This document shows, piece after piece, positions 20,801-29,475 of a stretch of 60,678 bases of DNA. Position 1 is the first letter of the stretch; each line of letters begins with the position of its first letter. The notes under the pieces were generated by a model. It saw only the letters and a program-made list of their open reading frames with translations, was not told where the DNA came from and searched no databases. The DNA comes from Verrucomicrobiota bacterium (GTDB taxonomy: Bacteria > Verrucomicrobiota > Verrucomicrobiia > Limisphaerales > CANJSG01). Location of the stretch: the NCBI GenBank assembly GCA_038209745.1, contig JBBQXJ010000019.1:1-60678 (forward strand), written 5' to 3'. The position numbers and the translations under genes are program-made.

Positions 20801-21326
20801 GGTCGGCCGAGGACACGACGTAGCCGTCGTCGTTGTTTACGTCGGTGCGGTCGGCAGCCACGGAGACGCCGAAAGTATAGGTGCCGGGCTGCAGCTCGAG
20901 ACCGGTGACGACTTCGACGGCGAAGTTGTCGGTGTGGCCGCCGCTCCCCGGGATGCCCGGAAAGAAGGCCGTGGTGAAATAGGCGACCGCAGTCCCGTTG
21001 AGATCCAGCAGGTCGAAGCCGACGGAGTCCTTCTCGAAATTGATCGTGTCCCGGGTGAAGTGGTCCCCTCCCTCGCTGTAGACGACTTGATTGGTCAACA
21101 GCATGCCCATGTCGTCGGTGAGGGTGCCGTTGATCTGCCGCAAGGCGCGGAGCGAGTTGTTGGCCAAGGGCGGCGTGGCCGGACCTTGCGCGGGACTGAC
21201 GATGAATCCACGCGTGGTGGAGGAGCCCAAAGGCAGGGCGGCGGAGGCTGGGAGCGTGTTCGTGGCCGCTTGGAGCGACGACACGCCGAGACCGGCGCAG
21301 AGCAGCAGCGAGGTGAGATGTTTCAT
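17880..21326 (-). CDS. Large secreted protein with three tandem LamG/concanavalin-like domains and a short C-terminal beta domain
   Basis: Signal peptide MKHLTSLLLCAGLGVSSLQA; 3x repeat containing NQYTLVMDV, WHRVVAAYD, KYVDG; C-terminus LSWP..GFILEST...FRLKN. Confidence 0.85.
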   Translation of the reverse strand: MKHLTSLLLCAGLGVSSLQAATNTLPASAALPLGSSTTRGFIVSPAQGPATPPLANNSLRALRQINGTLTDDMGMLLTNQVVYSEGGDHFTRDTINFEKDSVGFDLLDLNGTAVAYFTTAFFPGIPGSGGHTDNFAVEVVTGLELQPGTYTFGVSVAADRTDVNNDDGYVVSSADHINPRDFFTQQIGAFERNAQAFTANQRNENTFTLIVTKAGIYPVRLLYWQTGLGANLQLYTINPDTTERILVNDPVDARSVKAWRDSNVPEVNSPFIAEISPAPGSEGNKPSDPVSILLREATAVATGSVKLFLNDTQVAPQTLTKTGNKIAIGFNPDPTRSNPANRVRLEYPSGSQVRTQSWTFGIITSGGSATEVTGQWDFNSGDLKATVGTALGYLSATAQTGTKFGTTGTGDFVDIPNINGQPAKIMAVPGALDRTIGYVMTHGISPNGGGTRVNQYTLVMDVFVGTSGPGAAALWQTSSVGNTDDGDLFWQGNNFGQGTDGYKGRGTFTAGAWHRVVAAYDMAATPPVVTKYVDGIKQDDWTANQGLDNPRRSLLPQAVLFGDGDQDERRDMWVNSIQIRSGKLTDAEAYLLGGPSAAGIPLNLPQSNVTGQWDFSFGDLGASIGSNLEYLDGSGGVSATTTQFGTTTDLGIADLPGGPAKIMAVPGALDRNIGYLMTHRIAPNGGGTRVNQYTLVMDVFVGTSGPGAAALLQTSSLANTDDGDLFWQGNNFGQGGGGYNGRGTFTAGAWHRIVAAYDMAATTPVVTKYVDGIKQDDWTANQGLDNPRRSLLAQAVLFGDGDQDERRDMWVSSIQIRSAKLSDAQIVLLGGPSSAGIPAELPTTTVTGQWDFEFGDLGATAGANLLYLDGTNGVSAGGTVFGTTTDLGVANLPDGPAKIMQVPGELDRNIGYLMEHRIAANGGGTRVNQYTLAMDVFVDTGGPGAAALWQTSSVGNTDDGDLFWQGNNFGQGTDGYKGTGAFTAGAWHRVIAAYDMAATPPVVTKYVDGVFQDDWTANQGLDNPRRSLLSQAVLFGDGDQDERRKMWVSSIQIRAGALSKAQMAALGGPKAAGIPLAITGVVEPVKATLGVTLGSGHVTLSWPTDVTGFILESTGGLSPANWQPVSGVVNNSVVVPTSGTIQIFRLKN
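18100..20213 (-). repeat. Three intragenic direct repeats, period 711 bp (237 aa)
   Basis: The anchor encoding GQWDF (gtccca on +) lies at 20196, 19485 and 18774; long near-identical DNA blocks. Confidence 0.92.
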
Positions 21327-21522
21327 TGGAGGGATTCGGTTCTTGGGAACTGGCCTGTGCATTGCGCCCACAAGTCCCGTCGGCGTCGAGTCGCCCAAAT
21401 TGGGGGCGATGATCGGGGCGGATGCGACGCCTGGTTGGCGATGTCCCGTCGGGGTGAATCCCGCTTGCCGGGCCCGTGTTGGACGCGTGGATCGCCTGCG
21501 CTGTGAACGTCCAGACTGGAAC

Positions 21523-24144
21523 CTATCTCCAGGTGAACCCGGGAAACTTCTTCGCCAAACCTCCCCGCAGTTTTGGATAAGCCAGTGCCCGGAAGCTCGG
21601 CCAGTCGGTCGTGGAGTCGAGGCGTTTGCCGTCGGGCGTGGTCAACGAGAGGCGCACGGGCACGGTGCCTTCGACCAGCTTCGGATGTTCCGTCAGATCG
21701 AAGCAGTCGAGCAGCTTCACCTGGGCTTCGGGCGATTGGACGAAGCCTTCGTCGTCGAGCGCGGCGGATGGGTAGGCGAGCTTTGCCGGCTTGCCGGTGG
21801 TCCAAGGAATCGAAGTCGGCGCCAAAGCGTCGAGCCATTCGCGCTTATCCCGGCCGAGGTGGGCGAACACCGCGGAGCGGAGGTCGGCGGCCTGGGCTTC
21901 CTTCGTGAGGGACATTCCTTGAAACGCCTGGGCGAGCGCGTCCGTCAGGCCGTGGTCCGTCAGCTTGGGGAACTCCAGCTCCGGAGCGGCGGCGGCCACG
22001 AAGTTGATGCGGGCGACGAGCTGCTTCACTTCGTGGGTGAAGTTCGGCAATTCGAACGCGCCGGCGTTGAAGGCTTCGGCGAGGCATCGGCCGCTGGCGA
22101 TCGGATCGAGTTCCTTCTGGTGGTCGCGGGCGAGAGTGAGTCCGTTGAACTGGACGAGGCGCACCGCCGCGACGCGACGATGGGTCCGGTCGTATTCGTG
22201 GTGGAGGCCGATCTGCAACTGTTCGGGAAAGGCGTCCTCGATCCACTCGCGTTTCACGGCGGTGGCGAGGCCGACGAGCGTGAGGGTTCCACCGCTGCGG
22301 TTCTGCACCTCCTTCAGCATGGCGGCGACGAACATCGGGCTGTCCACGACGCTCTCGCGCACGAGCGTGGCGGTGCGGCCTTCGGACAATTGCACGTCGA
22401 GCATGCCGGAGCTGAGACGGAGACAAAGCTGGTCGGCGAACCCGGTGAAGATGCTGCGGAGGAGGCCTTCTTCGGAGCTCGTAGGCCGGCCATCCTGCCC
22501 GGCAGGTTTTTGTTCCGCGGCGGACTCGCCGGGCTGGAATCCATGCCTACGGGTCAGCCCTTCCCGTTCGGCCAGACTGAGAAGCTGGCTGTGGGTCAGG
22601 CCCACTTCGCGGGAGACCTTGGCGTTGATGCCGTGGCGTCGGCAGGTCTCGAAGTCGAAGCGGTGCTCGCTCGCGAACTGGAAGGCGCGCATCAGCGTGT
22701 GGAAGTCGGAAAGCGGGCTGCCTTCGAACTCTTCGCGCGCGTCGGCGACATGCTTGTCGTCCCGGGCGACGCGCACCAGCAGATCGCGGCCGCTGACCAG
22801 CGCGGCACACAACGCAGCCTGCTCCACGCAGCCGAAGCGTTGGGCCTCCACCAGCATCCGGCTGAAGCGCGGATGCATCGGCAGCCGCAGCATCTTCCGG
22901 CCGACCGGCGTGAGATGGTTCGTGGTCGGATCGATCGCGCCCAACGTCTTCAGCAGATGTTCGGCGCGGGCCACGGCCGGGAGCTCGGGCTTGTCCAACC
23001 AGTCGAACTGGGTGGCGTCCCGCACGCCCAGCGAATGCAGCAGAAGAACCGTTTCCGCGAGGTCGGCGCGGCGGATCTCGGGGGTGTTGCGTTCGGGGCG
23101 GTTGAGGTGGTTGCTCTCGGTCCAGAGGCGGCGGCAGGTGCCGGGGCCGGTTCGGCCGGCGCGACCTTTCCGCTGATCGGCGGAGGCGCGGCTGATCTCC
23201 TCGATCATCAAGGTCTGCAACCCGCGCTGGGCATCATAACGCGCGACGCGGGCCAGACCGGAATCGATGACGTGGCGGACACCGTCGATGGTGACGGAAG
23301 TCTCGGCGACGTTGGTGGCGACGACGACCTTGCGCAGCGGATTGGGCTCGAAGGCGAGGTCCTGATCCTGGGGCGCGAGTTCGCCGTGCAGCGGAATCAG
23401 CGCGAGGCGTTCGTCGAGGCGCGCGGCGCGGATGGCGTTGAGCGTGCCCTGGATTTCACCCATGCCGGGCATGAAGACGAGGATGTCGCCGGACTCTCCG
23501 GCCTCGATCAAATCGGCGACGGCCCGGGCGGCCTGTTCCGGAACCGGCGCGTCGGCGGGAATGAGCGGATGGATGACCTGCACGGGGAACATCTGGCCCT
23601 CGGAGACGACGATCGGGCAGCGCGTGGCGGCGGCGAGGTAGTCGGCGACGGGTTCGGCGTCGAGCGTCGCGGACATGACGATGAGCTTCAGGTCGGGGCG
23701 GGCGGCGGCTTGCTGTGCTTTACAGAGCGCGAGGGCGACGTCGCTCAGGAGGTTTCGCTCATGGAATTCGTCGAAGAGAATCGCGCCGATGTCGGAGAGC
23801 GTCGGGTCGTTCTGCATCCAGCGAAGGAGGATGCCCTCGGTGACGAAGCAGATGCGGGTGGAGTCGCCGATGCGGTCCTCGAAGCGGACCTGGTAGCCGA
23901 CTTCGCCTCCGAGTTTGCCGCCGCGTTCCCAGGCGACGCGCGCGGCCAGGGTGCGGGCCGCGACCCGACGAGGCTGGAGGACGACGATGCGTTTGCCGGC
24001 GACGAGATCGGAGTCCGCGAGAAGTTGTGGAACCTGGGTGGACTTGCCGGAGCCGGTCGGCGCGACGAGGACCAGGCGGTTGGTCTGCGAGAGGTGGCGG
24101 ACGATTTCGTCCGCCACCTTCCAGATGGGAAGATCGCGCGCCAC
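21523..24144 (-). CDS. hrpB: ATP-dependent DEAH-box helicase, HrpB family
   Basis: APTGSGKST, QPRRVAA, DEFHER, MSATL, ATNVAETSVTIDG, QRKGRAGRTGPG; C-terminal LKLRGGLAKKFPGFTWR-type end; GTG start. Confidence 0.9.
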   Translation of the reverse strand: MARDLPIWKVADEIVRHLSQTNRLVLVAPTGSGKSTQVPQLLADSDLVAGKRIVVLQPRRVAARTLAARVAWERGGKLGGEVGYQVRFEDRIGDSTRICFVTEGILLRWMQNDPTLSDIGAILFDEFHERNLLSDVALALCKAQQAAARPDLKLIVMSATLDAEPVADYLAAATRCPIVVSEGQMFPVQVIHPLIPADAPVPEQAARAVADLIEAGESGDILVFMPGMGEIQGTLNAIRAARLDERLALIPLHGELAPQDQDLAFEPNPLRKVVVATNVAETSVTIDGVRHVIDSGLARVARYDAQRGLQTLMIEEISRASADQRKGRAGRTGPGTCRRLWTESNHLNRPERNTPEIRRADLAETVLLLHSLGVRDATQFDWLDKPELPAVARAEHLLKTLGAIDPTTNHLTPVGRKMLRLPMHPRFSRMLVEAQRFGCVEQAALCAALVSGRDLLVRVARDDKHVADAREEFEGSPLSDFHTLMRAFQFASEHRFDFETCRRHGINAKVSREVGLTHSQLLSLAEREGLTRRHGFQPGESAAEQKPAGQDGRPTSSEEGLLRSIFTGFADQLCLRLSSGMLDVQLSEGRTATLVRESVVDSPMFVAAMLKEVQNRSGGTLTLVGLATAVKREWIEDAFPEQLQIGLHHEYDRTHRRVAAVRLVQFNGLTLARDHQKELDPIASGRCLAEAFNAGAFELPNFTHEVKQLVARINFVAAAAPELEFPKLTDHGLTDALAQAFQGMSLTKEAQAADLRSAVFAHLGRDKREWLDALAPTSIPWTTGKPAKLAYPSAALDDEGFVQSPEAQVKLLDCFDLTEHPKLVEGTVPVRLSLTTPDGKRLDSTTDWPSFRALAYPKLRGGLAKKFPGFTWR
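22480..22551. repeat. REP-like doublet inserted in frame in hrpB
   Basis: cgtagg-ccggccatcctgcccggc...gccgggctggaatccatg-cctacg; 72 nt. Confidence 0.7.
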
Positions 24145-24150
24145 TGCTGC

Positions 24151-24438
24151 CTAGCTGCGGAGGCCGAGCCGGACGAGGATCGCGACGATGGTCGCGGCGA
24201 GCATCAGGCCGTTGGGCATGAACTTGCGGCCCTTGATGAAGCGGGCCGCGAAGAAGATCAGCAGCACGAAAAGGGTGAAGTCGCCGAAGAACGGCTGGAT
24301 GACGCCGAGCGCCGCAAGGATGAGGGGGATGGCGAAGAGCGTGGAGGCGATGAGCGAGGCCTTGCTCTTGCCTTTGATGAAGCCCATGAGGCCGCCGGCG
24401 AGCAGGAGAGCGATGTAGATCCAGAGAGTGACTGTCAT
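24151..24438 (-). CDS. TMEM14-family small membrane protein
   Basis: YIALLLAGGLMGFIKGKSKASLI, RFIKGRKFMP.GLM. Confidence 0.85.
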   Translation of the reverse strand: MTVTLWIYIALLLAGGLMGFIKGKSKASLIASTLFAIPLILAALGVIQPFFGDFTLFVLLIFFAARFIKGRKFMPNGLMLAATIVAILVRLGLRS

Positions 24439-24582
24439 TTAGGCGGGCAGATTGAGGATCGGGCGGCGGCAGGCAAAGGGATTCTTCCGCAGGGGAATGA
24501 CGAAGTCCGAAGGCCAAAAGCCGGATGAAGGTCGAAGGCGGGTGAATCCGAACTCGGATTTTGGCCTTCTGGTTTCGAGCTT

Positions 24583-25380
24583 CTATTGCGGTTGGCACAC
24601 GGGGCACCACGCCGTGGTTCGGCCGCCGACCTCATCGCGGTCCAGTGCGGTCCGGCATCTCGGGCAATGGCCGCCCGCGCGCCAGCGGTGGGGGAAGAGC
24701 CATGTCTCCGGCGGGTCTCCATAGGTGAGGGCGATGGTCTTCATGGCGGCATCGGCGACCCACTGGATCTCGCGGTGGAGCTTGGCGGCCGGCTTGCCAG
24801 CGAGTGCTCCCGCCGGCGTCTGTGGAGCAATGCGGGCCCGCCAGAGGATCTCGTCCGCCATCCAGTTGCCGATGCCGGGGAAGAACGGCTGCATCAGGAG
24901 AACGGCTTTGATCGGCGCCTTGGCCCGGCGCTTGAGAACGGTGTCGACATGCGCGGCGGTAAACTCCGGCGACAGCAACGAAGGTGGAAGCGAGGTCCAC
25001 CAGTCCGGCGGCCTTTCGCCCGTGTGGAAGAGAATCCGGCCGAAGAGCCGTGGATCGGCGAAGACCAGCGACTGCTTCGCCTGATGGAGCACCAGATGGT
25101 CGTGCCTACACGGCGCGAAGGTTGGCGGTTCCACCCGCAGTTCGCCCGTCATCCCCAGATGCACTCCGAGCCACACGCCGCGGCTGAAGCGCAGGAGCAT
25201 CTGCTTGCCGTGGGAGGAGGACTCCTCGAACCGGACGCCGCTGATCCTGGCGATCAGCTCGTCCGTCGAGACACCGCGCAGCACGCGTTTGTCGGCGTGC
25301 AGCGACACGCTGCGGACCGGTTGCCCCAATCCGGGGTTCCAGCGTTTGCGGTAGAAGTCGACTTCGGCCAGCTCGGGCAT
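24583..25380 (-). CDS. mutM: Fpg/Nei-family DNA glycosylase/AP lyase
   Basis: N-terminal PELAEV, HLGMTG, DPRLFG, H2TH GIGNWMADEILW, zinc finger CPRC...CPVCQ. Confidence 0.88.
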   Translation of the reverse strand: MPELAEVDFYRKRWNPGLGQPVRSVSLHADKRVLRGVSTDELIARISGVRFEESSSHGKQMLLRFSRGVWLGVHLGMTGELRVEPPTFAPCRHDHLVLHQAKQSLVFADPRLFGRILFHTGERPPDWWTSLPPSLLSPEFTAAHVDTVLKRRAKAPIKAVLLMQPFFPGIGNWMADEILWRARIAPQTPAGALAGKPAAKLHREIQWVADAAMKTIALTYGDPPETWLFPHRWRAGGHCPRCRTALDRDEVGGRTTAWCPVCQPQ

Positions 25381-25464
25381 GGACGGAACCGTAGCGGGCC
25401 AAAAGTGGAAGGCAAACGACGGTGGTGGCGGCGTCCCGCCTGCCGTGGAGCCGGCGCTGCCGCG

Positions 25465-26160
25465 CTACTTCGCGGGCAGCACTTTGATCCGGATGTTGCG
25501 GAACCACGCTTCGTCGTGGTGGTCGGTCAGCATGATCGGGCCGGTGATCTTGTCGGCGAAACCGGCGGCGTTCTTGAACTTGCTCTTGGCGATCGCGGCC
25601 TTGATCTCCGGGGAACCGAGCTCATAGCTCACGACCTTGGCGCCGTTGAGCCAGTGCTCGACGTGGTTTCCCTGGACGAGGACGCGGGAATGGTTCCATT
25701 CGCCGGCCGGTTTGGAGGGTTTGTCGGCGGCGGGTGGAAGCACGTCGTAAAAGGAAGCCGTTTGGCGCTGGGGTCCGACCTTGCCGTCCGGATGCTTCTC
25801 GTCGTCGAGCATCTGGTATTCGTGGCCGGGCGCTCCTTTGCGGGTTTCGTTGACGAGATATTTGATGCCGTTGTTGCCGCCGGGCGCGACGCGCCAATCC
25901 CATTCCAGGTCGAAGTCCGTGAACTGCCGATCCGTGACGATGTCGCCGCCCTTCTGGCCTTCGAGCTTCTTCAGGATGCCGTCCTCCGCTTTCCAGCCGG
26001 GGCCGGGAGCCGCGCTCGACCCGTAGACGTGCCAGCCGGCGAGCGTCTTTCCGTCGAAGAGAGGCTGTGATCGCGGTATTGTTTCGGAAGATCCGCATGC
26101 GAACGCTAGCGCGGCCAAACTCGAGGCAACTATCAACCTCTGACAGGACTGGAAGTTCAT
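25465..26160 (-). CDS. DUF1080 (3-keto-disaccharide hydrolase-like) protein, possibly a lipoprotein
   Basis: LFDGKTLAGW, GGDIVT..FTDFDL, NNGIKY, EYQMLDD, GEWN, VEHWLNG, FRNIRIK; lipobox-like LAFAC. Confidence 0.9.
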   Translation of the reverse strand: MNFQSCQRLIVASSLAALAFACGSSETIPRSQPLFDGKTLAGWHVYGSSAAPGPGWKAEDGILKKLEGQKGGDIVTDRQFTDFDLEWDWRVAPGGNNGIKYLVNETRKGAPGHEYQMLDDEKHPDGKVGPQRQTASFYDVLPPAADKPSKPAGEWNHSRVLVQGNHVEHWLNGAKVVSYELGSPEIKAAIAKSKFKNAAGFADKITGPIMLTDHHDEAWFRNIRIKVLPAK

Positions 26161-26492
26161 TGGCCCAAGAAATACTTGCTAAGCGGTGGTCGTGGCAACT
26201 GCCGCGCCGGAACCGGTCCACGAATAGGGCTTAACCGTAGGTCCAAATCAATGGCGGCAGTGGGCTCGCTTCATTCTTGGCATCTGCCCATCTCCACATT
26301 CCTGTGTCTAAAATCAGGGCGCTTCCGTGCATAATTTCGTTTTAATAGCGGCCCTAAGTCATTGTTAATAAAATGGTTAATGAAACACACTAAAAGGAAT
26401 GGACAGAAGTGTCATAAAATGAGAATTAAAAATCATACCTAGGTTAGAAGTATTGCCCGGGGAGTTTTTTGTAAAAACAACAAGGTCAAAAA

Positions 26493-27521
26493 ATGAAACA
26501 CAAATCTTTAGGACTTGCCTCATTGGCAAGTGTTTACGCGGTATCGGCCATGTCGTCTTGGGCCGCAGCCGTACCGGGGCAAATCACCCCTGTTGCAGTT
26601 TACACCGACACGCCAAGTGCGTTCGGATTGGCCTACGACATAGCCCACAACCTGATCTGGTTCTCGCAGGGTGATTCTGGCGACAATGTGGCCCACTCCT
26701 TGAAGCCATATAAATCCTTCACACCCGCTGAGATAGCAGCCTTTCCGCTTCTTAACGGCATTCCGCAGGTAACCCCTGGATCTGGAATGTTGGACGTGGC
26801 GGGAACTACTGCGGCAGCAGGAAGCGGTGGCTCTGGCAGCGGTTTGCATTTCTCCGAGCTAGCCTACGACGCGGTCACCGGTCAGTTGGTGGCGAACGGG
26901 AATGGGCACTTGAAATCCTTCGATCCGTTTACTGGAGGCAATCTCATCGCCGACTATCGACCTGGCACTGCGAACACCGGCTTTGCCGACGGTTTGGATG
27001 TGGACAGCGGAACCGTGTGGTTCTCACCGGATGCCGGCAACATATACAAGGACGGAGTCCTCTTCGCTTCGACGGGCAATGCCGCCCAGAAAGTCGCTGG
27101 CCAGCAATATGGGTGGTCCGGCGTCGAGCAGGTGGGCAACGACGTGTTTGCCGTTGCGGTCTTGAACGGCAACGACGTCGCTGGGTCACGAACCATCGTT
27201 AAGTTTGACCTTTCGGGCAATCTGCTCGGTTTTGATCCGGACGGCGATTTGACGGCGGCTCGCTGGGAAGGATTGGCTTTTGATGGCACGTATCTCTACG
27301 CCGCAGATCTTCGCGGCAACGAAAACCATTCCGGTCCCAGTGGCGACATCTACGTTTTTAATGCAACGGGCGGCATTGAGATCATTCCCCCTCCACCGGT
27401 CGGTGGCGGCGGTGGCGGCGGTGGCGGCATGTCTGCGGTGCCCGAGGTGGGGACGATCGGTGCGACCGGACTTTTCGCGGTCGTTTCGGGATGGTCGCTC
27501 CTTCGCCGCAAGAGAAGTTGA
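26493..27521 (+). CDS. Secreted PEP-CTERM-type protein (VPEV variant), possibly beta-propeller-like
   Basis: Signal peptide; FGLAYD, ELAYD, DGLDVD, EGLAFDG repeats; Pro/Gly linker, VPEVGT, TM, RRKRS. Confidence 0.8.
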   Translation: MKHKSLGLASLASVYAVSAMSSWAAAVPGQITPVAVYTDTPSAFGLAYDIAHNLIWFSQGDSGDNVAHSLKPYKSFTPAEIAAFPLLNGIPQVTPGSGMLDVAGTTAAAGSGGSGSGLHFSELAYDAVTGQLVANGNGHLKSFDPFTGGNLIADYRPGTANTGFADGLDVDSGTVWFSPDAGNIYKDGVLFASTGNAAQKVAGQQYGWSGVEQVGNDVFAVAVLNGNDVAGSRTIVKFDLSGNLLGFDPDGDLTAARWEGLAFDGTYLYAADLRGNENHSGPSGDIYVFNATGGIEIIPPPPVGGGGGGGGGMSAVPEVGTIGATGLFAVVSGWSLLRRKRS

Positions 27522-27545
27522 TTGATCGCTGCAAGACGGCGCGAC

Positions 27546-27575
27546 GCCCGGTGTCCCTGCGGACACCGGGCTTTT
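27546..27575 (+). terminator. Intrinsic terminator
   Basis: GCCCGGTGTCC-ctgc-GGACACCGGGC-TTTT. Confidence 0.8.
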
Positions 27576-27642
27576 CGTTGAATGAGACGACACTTTTCTC
27601 CTTTCCCGCATTCGGCCTCTCCCCTAGACACGCACCCCTACT

Positions 27643-29388
27643 ATGCGCTGGTCCCAAACCTTTATTCCGACGTTGAAAGAGACGCCCGCCGACGCGGAGA
27701 TCCTTTCGCACAAGCTCCTTCTCAGGGCCGGTCTCGTCCGCAAGCTGACGGGCGGGCTCTACACCTTCCTGCCCATGGGCCTCCGGGCTCTGCGCAAGAT
27801 CGAGAAGATCGTCCGGGAGGAGATGGACCGCGCCGGCGGCATCGAGGTGCTGATGCCCGCGCTCCAGCCACTTGAAATCTGGCAGCAGTCCGGTCGGTCC
27901 GAGACCGCGCGCGACGTGCTCTTCAAGGTGCGCGATTCCGCCAAGCGCGAATGGGTGCTCGGGCCGACGCACGAGGAGGTCATCACCACCCTCGCGGCCC
28001 ACGAGATCAACACCTACCGCCAGCTCCCGAAGAACTTCTACCAGATCCAGACCAAGTTCCGGGACGAGATCCGTCCGCGCTTCGGCCTGATGCGGGCCAA
28101 GGAGTTCATCATGAAGGACGCCTACTCGTTCGACACCACGGACGAGGGCGCGATGGCCAGCTACCAGAAGATGTATGTCGCCTACACGCGCATCTTCGCC
28201 CGCTGCGGCTTGCAGGCGTTCGCGGTCGAGGCGGACACCGGCGTGATCGGCGGGAACCATTCCCACGAATTCATGGTCCCCGCTGACACGGGCGAGGACA
28301 ACGTCGCCTACTGCGAAGCGTGCCACTACGCGGCCAACATCGAGAAAGCCGCCAGCGGCCTGCCGAAGACCGCCGCCCGCGAAGTCGGTTCCGAGCCGGA
28401 GAAGTTCGCCACGCCCGGCGTCGTCACCATCGAGGCGCTGAGCAAGGAACCCTACAAAGTTACCGCCAATCGCCAGATCAAGACCCTCGTCTACGTCGCC
28501 GACGGCCGGCCCGTGCTCATCCTGATCCGCGGCGACGACCAGTTGAACGAAGCCAAGTTCAAGGCCCGCTCCGGCGCGGTCGAGGCACGGCCGGCCACGC
28601 CGGATGAATGCTTCCAGATTCTGGGAGCAAATCCCGGTTCGCTCGGAGCGCTGACCCGAACTGTCGGTCTCAAGGTGGCTATGCGTGAGTTGTCGGTCTA
28701 CGCCGACGAACGCCTGCGCGGCGCCAACGACATGACCACCGGCGCGAACGACGACGGCTTCCATTTCCGCAACGTTTCGATGGAGCGCGACATCCGCGTC
28801 ACCGAATGGTTCGACCTCCGCACCGTCAACGCCGGCGAACCGTGCCCCAAGTGCGCCAAGCCGCTGAAGATCCGCCGCGCCATCGAGGTCGGACACGTCT
28901 TCAAGCTCGGCACCAAATACAGCGAGAAGCTGGGCGCCCTCTTCGTGGACGAAGCCGGCAAGCAGCACCCCGCCGTCATGGGCTGCTACGGCATCGGCGT
29001 GTCCCGCACCCTCCAGGCCGTGATCGAGCAGAGCAACGACAAGGACGGCATCGTCTGGCCGCTCAGCGTCGCGCCCTACACCGTCTGCATCACGCCTCTC
29101 GCCGTGGCGACCGACAGCCCGGTCATGCAGCTCGCCGAGAAGATCTACGCCGAGCTCACCGCCCGGGGCATCGACTGCATCCTCGACGACCGAGACGAAC
29201 GCCCCGGCTTCAAGTTCAAGGACAGCGAACTCGTCGGCTTCCCGCTGCGCCTCGGCATCGGCGAGAAATCGCTGGCCAAGGGCGAAGTGGAGATCAAACC
29301 CCGCAACGGCCCGATGCTCGCGGTGAAAGCCGAAGAAGCCGTGGCCAAGCTGCTGGAGCTGATCGAAACGGGCATGCCGAAGGTGTGA
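27643..29388 (+). CDS. proS: Proline--tRNA ligase (bacterial type with INS editing domain)
   Basis: SHKLLLRAG, LGPTHEE, KFRDEIRPRFGLMRAKEFIMKDAYSF, IEVGHVFKLGTKYS, MGCYGIGVSR, LDDRDERPG. Confidence 0.97.
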   Translation: MRWSQTFIPTLKETPADAEILSHKLLLRAGLVRKLTGGLYTFLPMGLRALRKIEKIVREEMDRAGGIEVLMPALQPLEIWQQSGRSETARDVLFKVRDSAKREWVLGPTHEEVITTLAAHEINTYRQLPKNFYQIQTKFRDEIRPRFGLMRAKEFIMKDAYSFDTTDEGAMASYQKMYVAYTRIFARCGLQAFAVEADTGVIGGNHSHEFMVPADTGEDNVAYCEACHYAANIEKAASGLPKTAAREVGSEPEKFATPGVVTIEALSKEPYKVTANRQIKTLVYVADGRPVLILIRGDDQLNEAKFKARSGAVEARPATPDECFQILGANPGSLGALTRTVGLKVAMRELSVYADERLRGANDMTTGANDDGFHFRNVSMERDIRVTEWFDLRTVNAGEPCPKCAKPLKIRRAIEVGHVFKLGTKYSEKLGALFVDEAGKQHPAVMGCYGIGVSRTLQAVIEQSNDKDGIVWPLSVAPYTVCITPLAVATDSPVMQLAEKIYAELTARGIDCILDDRDERPGFKFKDSELVGFPLRLGIGEKSLAKGEVEIKPRNGPMLAVKAEEAVAKLLELIETGMPKV

Positions 29389-29397
29389 AGAAGCGCC

Positions 29398-29472
29398 AGG
29401 GAACCGCTGATTTAATCGCGCTCCCGCGTCAGCTCGCTTTCCGTGGGAGCGCGATTAAATCAGCGGTTCCCT
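29398..29472. mobile_element. 75-bp element with perfect 28-bp terminal inverted repeats (MITE-like; may also terminate proS)
   Basis: agggaaccgctgatttaatcgcgctccc (29398-29425) / gggagcgcgattaaatcagcggttccct (29445-29472). Confidence 0.65.
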
Positions 29473-29475
29473 AAG

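Noticed and set aside
21091..24528. 1145-aa plus-strand ORF (and similar 37289..40591, 3471..5585, 27382..28968)
   Set aside because: Antisense shadows of high-GC3 genes with no recognisable motifs
26320..26350. dif-like site (gcataa...)
   Set aside because: No XerD arm (ttatgttaaat)
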